Below are positions 54,601 through 64,000 of a stretch of 64,000 bases of DNA, in pieces. The notes beneath the pieces are model-generated. The model was not told the origin of the DNA. It saw only the letters and a list, made by a program, of their open reading frames with translations, and ran no database searches. Every line of letters begins with the position of its first letter. Position 1 is the first letter of the stretch. The stretch is from Zygnema circumcarinatum SAG 698-1b (Eukaryota; Plantae; Zygnematophyceae), in NCBI GenBank assembly GCA_037447605.1, contig CM074806.1:4092001-4156000 (forward strand), in the 5' to 3' direction. Position numbers and translations under genes: made by a program.

Positions 54601-55300
54601 AGCGAAAACCAGCGAACAAATCATTAACATAATGAAAGACAAACTAAACATAAAAAAAGAGAAATCATAAAAACGTAAACGAAAGCTAGTGAAAAGAAAA
54701 GAAAACGAAATAAAATTAAAAAAAAAACCCACCTTCTCATCCGTGAACTCGAGAGTAAAAACATTGCCGCTGCCCCGGGCGGTGCTGTAGGTCCTCATGG
54801 GCCCCTTATTGGTGACCCGGACCTTGATGGTCCAACTCCCTTGATAGGGATTCAGCGCCACAATTGGAGACACTCTCCTCGTGGAGGAGCTCATGCGCTT
54901 CGAATACACAGATCTGAAAACATAAAAAAAAAAAAAAAGAAAAAAAACCGTAAGCAGTACGATTGCGAAATCTCTCCTCAAATAGTCAAATCAAATTCAG
55001 ATTTCGAAATTACGAAGTCATCATAGTATATGGTTCTGAGCATTTCTTCGGACCCCAAATGGACCCAGAATGGGCCCAAAGGGAACCCAGAAATCCATTA
55101 GTATCTTATTAAGCTGAGTTGGCAAAGCAAGAGCATCGACGTTTGAAGGGTAATTCGGTTATTTTGAAAGAAAGTAAGCCTATTTTTAGGCTAATTCTAG
55201 AATGTACTTACTGCTCATCCTGCTCCTTCACAATCTGAGCTGCGGTCTTCACTTTTGGCAGAGAGCCCCCAATCTCCTTAAGTTTCGGGGTGACCTCCAT
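51601..55300 (-). CDS. RPA1: Replication protein A 70 kDa subunit (RPA1B/RPA70B-type)
   Basis: Motifs include AAQIVKEQ, TRRVSPIVALNPYQGSWTIKVRVTNKG, VYFVSKGTLRPANKQF, VVVTLWDNFA, zinc finger ACEKCNRKV...WCEGC and YILSMKVGDATGEVWVSAFN. Confidence 0.93.
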
Positions 55301-55620
55301 CTCTAGAGGTGACAGAAAGAAGAAGCGAGATACAGGAAGAGAGAGAGGGGGAGAGAGGGGGTGAGACAGAGAGAGAGTGGGGGTGAGGCAGAGAGTGAGA
55401 GAGGGGGTGAGACAGAGAGAGAGACAGAGGGTGAGACAGACAGAGAGAGGGAGAGGAGAGAGACCGAGGGAGGAACTGAGAAGAAAGGAGAATGGGGTGC
55501 AGCAGACTGCGAGCAAGAGGGATGGGGGGGAGAAGGCGCAGGCGCGGGAAGGAAGAGGAGGGGGAGAGAAACAAATAGCGAGAGAGGGAGGGAGGGAGGG
55601 AGGGAGGGAGCGGAGGCCAA

Positions 55621-55735
55621 TTTTGAAATTCGAACAGGCCCTCCCTCCCTCCCTCCCCCTCCCTCTCCCTCCCTCCCTCGCGCGGGCGCCCCAAAAGTTT
55701 GGCGGGAACGAAAGGGAAACGGAGCGGCGCCAAAA
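55621..55735 (-). promoter_or_regulatory. E2F-type sites (TTTGGCGGGAA, GGCGCCAAAA) plus a CHR-like TTTGAA upstream of RPA1
   Basis: Motifs at 55698-55708, 55726-55735 and 55622-55627. RPA genes are established E2F targets. Confidence 0.55.
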
Positions 55736-56321
55736 CGCGCGGGCGGGCGGAGGGAGGGAGGGAGGGGAGCTGCCAGGGAGGATCGACCAATAGTGACACG
55801 CCACGTGAACATGCGGTACACGTGGCAAAATTTTATTGGCTTTGCTTACAATAGGGAGAAAACAAATTTCGGGATGCGATTGCGAAGGCCCCCGTCGACG
55901 CAAGTGCCACGTGGCATCTTGAAATTGTGTCACGTGTCTTGGGATCTCATGCCACGTAGATGCCATGTAGGATGACCAAGGAACTTCACGGGAGTCTCGA
56001 GTACGACAAGATTGCCGTACACAACGTGAACTGACGGCCAGATTTCCACTATACCAAATTTGTTGGTGGGATCGTTACAGGCTTCAAAAAATATATTTTC
56101 TTTTTGGGTCAATACAACATCACTGGAAAATTCACACATTTTTTTTTTTTTTTTCTTCAAAAACTTCATCTATCTAGTACTTCACCCACCCCAAATCACA
56201 GAACCGAAGTACCAATATTTATAAAAATAAAAATAAAAATAAATTGACCACTTTACAATGAAAGGCAAAACGAAATTGTAAACTAAAGTAAAGAAGACGG
56301 AATGGCCCCACCCCCACAGCC

Positions 56322-58266
56322 CTAAAGCTCATCCATGGCGCCATCCCCCAGCAAGTGCGAACCCTCCCTCCACGGGAAGGCCTCCCCCCCCGGCCCCATC
56401 TCCTCCCTCTCCTCCACCTCCACCCCCTCCCCCTCCCCCTCCCCCATAGTCAGCTCCTTGGCCCTCTGCGCCTCCACCAGCCAATCAGTTCGCAGCACCG
56501 CCGTGAGTGCCAGCACAGCGCAGGCAGTTTGAGCCACAGCGAGCCCCCCCCATAGCCCCACACTGTCAAGCCGAAATGCAAACCCTAACACCATAGCGGA
56601 GGGAACTCCCAGCATATAGAACGCCCCAAAGTAGATATTGGCAGCTACTCCCGGCCTAGCGATGCCTCGCAGAACCCCACAAGCTGCTGCCTGTATGCAG
56701 TTTCCGAGCTGTGAGAGGCCGCACACTGGGAGAGTTAGAGCCACTTGCGAGAGCACGTGCTTGTCGTTTGTAAGGAGACGGCCCCACTCCCTCCGGAAGG
56801 CAGTGAAGGATGTGAGTCCAAGGAGGGAGCTGGTAGTGGCACACCCCAAAGCAACTAGGGTCGCTAGGCGAGCCATAGCCGGCCGGTTTGCTCCGAGTTC
56901 ATTGCCGACACGTGTGGCGAGAGAGCTGCCAATGGCCCATGGAAGCATGGAGAAGATGGCGGAGATGTTCTCCACTAGGGCCATGGTGGAGACCTCCTGG
57001 GCGGGGTCCGGCAGCAAACCAGCAAAAATGAGTACAATTTCGTAGCACCACCACTCGAGGCAGATTCCGAGGCAGGAGGGCAAAGCCAGTTTGAGCAGAG
57101 GGAGCCAATCCTGCAATGACAGCAAGTAATCAAATGAGCTACAGTTTAAGATCGTTGGTATTAGTTAGAGAAGTGGAACTTGGAGTGGCTTTGTCGGATA
57201 AGTGCAGGCACCTGAAAAAGGGCAGCAGAGAGGCCTGGCCAAGTCCTGCTGTATACTCCCGATCGCCATATATAGACAAGCATGAAAAGCACCATGTTGA
57301 GTGTGGTCCAAGCAGAGGCGAGAGCGCATCCTGCGACTTTGAGGTTGAGGAGAGAGACAAGAAGGTAGTTAAGGGGCAGATGCAGGGCCAGGGCCAGAGC
57401 TGCACATAGCATTAGGGCTTGCGTGATGCGTTGAGATCGTAGAAAAGCTCGTAGGGGTTGGAGGAGAGATGTGATAACGAGTTCGGGAAGAGAAAGGAGC
57501 AAATAGTACTGTGCCATTTTTGCGATTCGACGATCCTGTCCGCATAGAATGAGGAGGCGTTCCTGGAAGAGCCATAGAGCTGAAATGGGAATGCAGGCGA
57601 GGAGATTAAGAAGGATGGCTCGCTGAAGGAGAAGGCCCATCACTTTGTAGCGCCGTGCACCAAAGGACTGAGAAAGGAGAGGATCAAGGCCGCTGGAAAG
57701 CCCGAAAATAAAGGAATGGCCCGTCACATTTGCGAAGCTGATGGCCATGGCTCCGCCAGAGAGTTGAAGACCACCGAGGTGACCCAAAAAGGACATGGAG
57801 ATGATGGTTCGAGCCATCCAAAGGAGGTTCATTCCGAGGATAGGAAGGCCGAGTCGAGCGAGACGACGCAGCTCTGCAATGACCTGTTTGGAAAGGTTCA
57901 GAGGTCAAGGAAAAAAGTGGAATTGCGATTGGCACTTCTCCGATGTGTAGGGTTTAGAAATCTGACTCCAACACAACCGGCATCCTTACGGTCCTTTCAA
58001 AAGCGATAATTGTTCTTAACATACTTATAGAGGAAGATGATTACACTCACCTCTCGAAAAGTGGGCCATGCCTCGAGAGAGGCCAATTGATGATGCGAGT
58101 CTTCATCCTCAAGGTCCTGGTTATCCGCTTCGCTGACATCAGCAGCGCCAAGTTCCCCTTCTCCCCCTTCCACCAGAGCCCAAGGCTCCTTGCGACGCGT
58201 GTCCTTGGTTGGGGTCAGAGCTCTCATTGAGCTGGAATATTGCAGAGCATAGCCTTTAGCAGCCAT
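56322..58266 (-). CDS. MATE efflux transporter (DETOXIFICATION family)
   Basis: Motifs include ISMSFLGHLGGLQLSGGAMAISFANVTG, QPLRAFLRSQ, LALPSCLGICLEWWCYEIV, RVGNELGANRP and GVLRGIARP. Three exons. Confidence 0.93.
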
Positions 58267-59272
58267 TTGCAAGGTATGCTGAAAAAGTAACAAAAAAGAA
58301 AGGGGACAGAGACTATCGGAATCAGTCTTCAAAGCAGATGTGGAGCGCAAAAAAATTCACGCTGCAGCAGAAAATAAGAACCGAAATGCACGCGCACTTC
58401 CATTGTTCAAATGAGAGAGAGAGGGGACGGCAGAGGAGAAATGAGGGAGAGAGGGATGGAGGGAGGGAGGGAGAGAGAGGGAGGGAGGGAGGGCATATCG
58501 TTTCTTCTAACCTGAGTGCGCCCCTTGTGTTCAATAGCAATATCCTTCGCCTAACGTGATCCTGCTCCGAAACTATCTCTGAATAGTTGGCGGCTGCTGC
58601 GTTGCTAGAAGAAGCAGTTTTGAAATGATCCGCAGATTCACAAGTGAATATTTCACTTCATAAGGGAGGCGAAGTGTAGCATAGCCTTCCAAATCACGAA
58701 AGACAGATGGCACCATATTTTCCTGTGACACTTCTTTTTGGATCTTCCTTTTCAGAGAATGATCTGGCAATTGAAGGCGGGAGAGAAGAGATAGGGGATA
58801 GAGTAAGGAGAGGAGAGAGACGATAGAGGCGCGAGGCCGAAGGAGAGCAGGCGAGCGCACTTCCACTATTCCCTATGGCACCTTCCTCATCCCAGGCGCG
58901 CATTGCAGGGCAGGAGCTCCTCAAGCAGCCGCCATGGCTGCCAGCGGAGCTCCTGCCTCCCTCACCGCTCATGGCCGCCCGGGAGTTGGTAGAGAGACAA
59001 GGCGTTGCCACGTGTCGCGCAGCGCAGCGAGGGTGGGAACCAAACCCTAAAAAGGAGCAACTCCCTCTCTTTGCGTTTGCCGTTCCATGCTGTTGCCAAC
59101 CAAACCCTAACTGCGGAACAGGGGAATCGAGTTCAGTTCCAGTGTAGTTCAGCGCAGTTAGAAATATTCGAAACGCAACTGAAACATGGAACCGTACGGA
59201 CATGGCAGTGCGGCCAGCTGGCTCCCCCTTGCACGCTACGAAGGGATTCCTTGTTTTCGGAAAAGACAAAAT

Positions 59273-59393
59273 GCCACGTGGCAACAGACGATCAGCCACG
59301 TCGGCAGGAGTGGACACGTGGCAGATTCTAACTGGAAGTTCGCTCCCGGAAAAGGCCACGTGGCAGTCCCTTCTGCAGCTACGGACACGTGGC
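59273..59393. promoter_or_regulatory. Cluster of G-box/ABRE-like motifs between MATE and P4H
   Basis: gccacgtggc (59273, 59355), gacacgtggc (59313, 59384) and gccacgtcgg (59295). Confidence 0.5.
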
Positions 59394-59925
59394 AGTGAAT
59401 TGGGCCTCCCCCTATCGCAGTCTCTGAACCCTGATTTTTATTCCTTACTCTGTTCCTGAACCCTAATTCTCGAACAAATCGTGAACTCTGAAAGACCTTC
59501 ATAGCTGTGATTTCAAATCTCGACCCTGAACCCTGACCTGATCCTAAACGCCACACTTCTGAACCCGTGTAGATTCCTGAACCCTGAACCCCAATCCTAA
59601 ATCCTTATCTACAGGCCCGGACGCTGAGCCCTTGCCCTTATCGCTTGTCCTAAACGTAAAACCCTAATCCTGGATCCCACTTTGAAATCTAACCTGAAGC
59701 CTGAACTCAAACTCTTGGGTTAACTCTGAACCCTAAAACCCAGGCTCTTCACCTTGAAAAATTCATTCTTTCCAAAAAAGAAAAAAAAAAACCCTTAACC
59801 CCTCATGCCTAAAACTAAACCTTGAACTTTTGGACTCTTTCGAACCCTCACACCTAAACCTTAAACCCTAACCCCTCAATCCTAACCCTGTAGCCTCCTA
59901 AACCCTACAAGCTTGGAGAGCAGCC

Positions 59926-61932
59926 ATGGCGCGATGGCTGGCCACTCCCATGGCGCTGGTGCTGATGGTGTTCACAGCGTGCGTGCTGTTGCTGCATTCG
60001 CTCTTTCAAGAGGCGGACATGGCGGCGGCTCCACTGCTGGGAGGGAGAGGGAGAGGGAGTGGGAGAGGGCAGAGGAAGGAGGACCTCATGGAGGAGAGGA
60101 AGGTGTTGGCCATGGCCTCACTGCAGCTCGGACGCAGAGTGCAAGTGAGGAGGCTCCTCCTTCCTGCTTTCAGGGCTAAAAGGAGGTGGGCTCGGTGTCA
60201 GGGTTAGGTTTAGGGTTAGGGTTAGGGTTAGGGTTAGGGTTAGGGTTAGGGTTAGGGTTAGGGTTAGGGTTAGTGTTAGGGTTAGGGTTAGGGTTAGGGT
60301 TAGGGTTAGGGTTAGGGTTAGGGTTTAGGGTTTAGGGTTTAGGGGTTAGGGGTTAGGGGTTAGGGGTTAGGGGTTAGGGGTTAGGGGTTAGGGTTTAGGG
60401 TTTAGGGTTTAGGCTTTAGGGTTTAGGGTTTAGGCTTTAGGGTTTAGCGTTTAGCGTTTAGGGTTTAGGGTTTAGGGTTTAGGGTTAAGATTCCCTTCGT
60501 AATGGCGAGTGAAAATTTAGGGAAGGGATCCGGGGTTAAGGTTGAGAAAAGGATTAGGGTTAAGGTTGGGCTTGGCGTTTGGTTTTATTGTTAGGGTTGG
60601 GAATGGAGTTGGGGTTGGGGTTTGGGTTACGGTTGGGGTTTAAGGCTGGTGAGGGGTTGGGGTTGGGGTTAGAATTAAGGTTACGGTTAGTGTTAGGGTA
60701 AGGGTTAGGGAAGGTAAAGGTAAAGCCGGGATTTGTGCAAGTTTGAGTTTTAATCCTAAGATTTGGGTCTGTGGCAATGGTTTAGAGTAGACGTTCTTGT
60801 ATTGCGCATTTGGGTTTAGTGGGTTAAAAATTACCCTATGTTTGGGTTTAGTGTTCACAAACTTGGGTCTCTCACTCTCTCTTTGAAAAGTGGCATTCAA
60901 GCATATGACAAGCTTCACTGTACTGAACTTTGAAAAGAACCCTGATTGGTTCCTTCTCTCCGCTTTTGCAGCTTTCTGAATCAGGGCCTTCAGAAAATCA
61001 AGAAGATGCTAGATTGCGCAGTGGATTAATTCGGTAAGGTTGTATAACCCGGCATTAACTTGCTTTCACCATTCAATGCAATGATTAATTATAGTCCCTC
61101 AAAAGAAGCCTCTTGGAGTATTGCCTCATTAGTGCCCAACCCGTTCACGTGAACCATTTTGTCTGCAGACCGAAAGTGTTGAGCTGGGAGCCAAAGGTGG
61201 TCCAATTCGACAATTTTTTGTCTGATCACGAGTGCGAACACCTCATAGGTTTGGCAAAAGACCAACTGCTGCCCTCCACCGTCATTGATGAGAAAACGGG
61301 CCTATCAGTGGCTGACAGCTGGCGCAGCAGTAGTGGCTGTTTTCTGAGTGATCAGGAGGAGAAGTCACCCATTGTGGCCGGCATCCTTCACCGGATCAGC
61401 ACCTACTCGTATGTGCCGGTAGAGAATGGAGAACCCATGCAGGTATACCCTCACTCTCTGCCCGCCCTCACCTCCCTCTCTCTCCCTTCTCCTCTTCTTT
61501 TTCGACTCTTCTTCTACCCCTCCCCCTCTAGTCTACCATCACGTGCGAACCCTGATTCTTCCCTCCTACCACTCACCACAGATCTTGCGATACCGTAATG
61601 GTGAAGCCTACAAACCGCACGAAGACTACATCGACCCCCCCGCTGACTCTCCCCCAGGGGGCGAGAGAGTCATAACCTTCCTCCTCTACCTCACGGGAGA
61701 CATAGTTGGAGGGGAGACATGGTTCCCAAATGCCACGGGAACTTGCCAATGTGGGGGAGCCTCCGAAGCGGGGCTCTCAGTGCAGCCCAAAAGGGGGCGA
61801 GCCCTCATGTTCTTCAACATGAGGTTTGATGGGGGTCCGGACCCCGTGGCAATGCATGCCGGATGTCAAGTGCTGGAGGGGGAAAAGTGGTCGGCTACAA
61901 AGTGGCTCCTCACGGAGCCATGGCCCGAGTAA
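59926..61932 (+). CDS. Prolyl 4-hydroxylase (plant type-II membrane P4H)
   Basis: N-terminal TM anchor. Motifs include VLSWEPKVVQFDNFLSDHECEHLI, RSSSGCFL, ENGEPMQ|ILRYRNGEAYKPHED (HxD), GGETWFP and HAGCQVLEGEKWSATKW. Exons 59926-60144, 60972-61033, 61169-61443 and 61582-61932. Confidence 0.93.
60201..60487 (+). repeat. Interstitial telomere-like array (TTAGGG, TTTAGGG, TTAGGGG blocks) in P4H intron 1
   Basis: About 19x TTAGGG, 3x TTTAGGG, 7x GTTAGGG and about 13x TTTAGGG with variants. Confidence 0.95.
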
Positions 61933-62215
61933 CAGTGCTTAAGATGAGGGGGAAAGGCTTTAAGGGCTTAAGAGTTGAAGGGCTTAAGGGTATTTATGGT
62001 TAGGGTAATCGGGCGCAATCAGGAGAAATGGTGAACTCGTATTGGGTTCAAGTCGCGGTCTGGCAAGGGATGGGGTCTCGTTGATGATAATTGTTGGTTG
62101 ATTGGATTAATTTTTTGATGGAAATTATAATTTATAGTTTAGTCCAGGTCGTAGAAGTGTAAGCGTATTAGGGTGCGTTGGGTGAGGTTTTTTTGGAAGT
62201 TAGTTTCATGTCATT

Positions 62216-62350
62216 AGGGGGTGTCAGACTTCACGAAATCTTACGAACAAGGAAGCTTCGGTAATACTCCGCCGCAGCAAAACTGCGATGTCAAAGGAGT
62301 ACTCGTTCTGGTCTCAAACTTACGAACAACAAAAAAGTCTGACACTCCCT
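62216..62350. mobile_element. Second copy of MITE type A, ATT TSD
   Basis: ATT|agggggtgtcagactt...aagtctgacactccct|ATT. The interior (aaatcttacgaa, tactccgccgcag, ggagtactcgttctg, tcaaacttacgaaca) matches 15453-15611. Confidence 0.85.
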
Positions 62351-64000
62351 ATTCAAAAAAACACTTTCAAGTACGTTTGCAGGGATGTTTGCTGCTAAAA
62401 AACTGGACTGCGCATAGCACACTCCCATCCTGCTTTCCGTGCTTGCTCCCTTAGGTCCCACATCCCCCCTTCTTAACACTCAGCCCTAAAAGGCCAAATT
62501 TAGTTGTCTGACCCTCACCCACACTCATGCCACTGGGAGGCCTCGCCATTGCAGCCGCTGCCTGAACTCGTCCCCACCGGCGACCCTCACCCTCCCTCAA
62601 ATGGAGACCTGTTGGTCCCCCCCAACTTTCGCGAACTCTTAAGGAACACCGTCACGGTGGGGACTGCAACGGTGACTTGCTGTCAACCTCGGTCATTGCC
62701 TAATGTCGAATTGAGAGTCTATCTATTCCGGTTGTTGTCTATTTGAAGACTTTCATTTGTCGTTGGTTTTTGAAAACAGATCGAGATCCCAAATCCTTGA
62801 ACCGTAACAAGCAACAAGCTCTGAATCACTTAGCACACCCTCTAGAGCGGTGAGTGGAGAAGGCAGAGAAAGGGTGGCAGCTCAAAGACTGGTGGAAAAC
62901 ACCGAGCATGGGAAACAAAAAAAGGATAATATTTCAGACATGAGATAGGATTTGTGAGAGTGTTTGTATGTGAGAGTGAGAGATGGCTTCAAATCTCAGA
63001 CACACTATTCCCTGAAAGCATGCCGTAGCAGCCTTGCCCAAACCTTATCCCCGAAAAAATATAGAAATTCAGCTCGTAAAGCTGCTCATACTGTGAGCTT
63101 GAGTTCTCCATACAAAGGGATCCCCAAGGTTAAGGTTGGTACTGCCACCCAAAAAGAAGGGAAAAAAAAGGGGACTGTACCCAAATCAAACTGAGGACCT
63201 TTGCTGAATTATTACGAACAGAAAAAGGAAAAGGAGGAAAATACCGTGTTATGTGCTTCCATGTAAAAGTAGGGCGCCGCACTGCTGCTATAAAAGAGGT
63301 GTTTCAATACTCATCTGACATCACTATGGCAAGTCTCTGGGAAAGAAAGATTGATCAAAATGTAAAAACTACCGGCGAAAGTCTACGTGAATAACTCGTG
63401 AAATCTCAAATCCTCTATGTACCTTCTCTACGTCCGCGTGGAAGCACCGTTTTATAGCAGCTTTCAGGAACACCTATATACTAAAAATTGTGGAATGGGA
63501 ATACCATGGAGGAGCCCCCTGCCGGATGGTGAGCGATTCCTGAAACATTCAATTGAAAGGCTAAACTGCCAGTGACAATACAAAATCTGCACATAAGCAC
63601 ATTGGATAAAACAGGAAAATAGTTAATCCTATCACTATACTATAGACCCATTGTTAAGGACTCGAAGCCCCACAAAACATGCCAATCCTGAATAGAACCT
63701 TTACCGTACAAATGTCCGAGCAGCCTTGCTTTGAATATAGACAGTGAATCTCAACGAGTGGTGCATATCTATACCTAAAACAAATGTCCAAAGTTTAAAT
63801 TCAACGCATAGAACAAGTCAGATCGTTCTTGGCACCGACACACTGCATTCAGCGGAAAAGATACCAAGATACCAAGTGAAAAAACAAACTTACCCGATAT
63901 ACCATTTGATTATTTGTAGTGATATGTAAGCGGTGCTGCTGTTGCCGCATTCTCTCCAATTGCTGCTTCAATGAAAACGATCTACCTTATTCCCGACGAG

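Noticed and set aside
60201-60487. True chromosome end or CRISPR-like array
   Set aside because: P4H exons continue in frame on both sides, and the units are contiguous with no spacers.
62400-64000. Possible minus-strand exons running off the window end, including LVGNK(VD), which resembles a small-GTPase G4 motif
   Set aside because: I could not assemble a consistent reading frame or find other GTPase motifs. Adjacent sequence or transcripts are needed.

Overview
Gene-dense, intron-rich eukaryotic nuclear DNA, most likely from a streptophyte green alga. This is inferred from plant-type SCD1, NPSN, WAP-like, PUT/LAT and DTX genes together with GA/CT microsatellite-rich introns. I reconstructed 12 spliced protein-coding genes by eye: SCD1-like DENN-WD40 (+), NPSN SNARE (-), polyamine/LAT permease (+), WPP-associated-protein-like coiled coil (-), PPR (+), coproporphyrinogen III oxidase (-), DeSI/PPPDE peptidase (+), F-box/LRR (-), SpoU/MRM1-like rRNA methyltransferase (+), RPA70B-like (-), MATE (-) and prolyl 4-hydroxylase (+). 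Most lie in head-to-head pairs. Notable non-standard features: (1) a MITE family with AGGG...CCCT termini and ATT target duplications, nested at 15.4-15.7 kb with another copy at 62.2 kb; (2) a Tc1/mariner-like MITE; (3) a candidate two-exon chimeric gene built from a duplicated terminal exon of the permease; (4) a mixed TTAGGG/TTTAGGG/TTAGGGG telomeric array inside P4H intron 1, mirrored by CCCTAA-type repeats upstream; (5) an RPA70 that apparently lacks its N-terminal OB domain. All homology calls are from recalled motifs, not database searches, and exon boundaries are manual.
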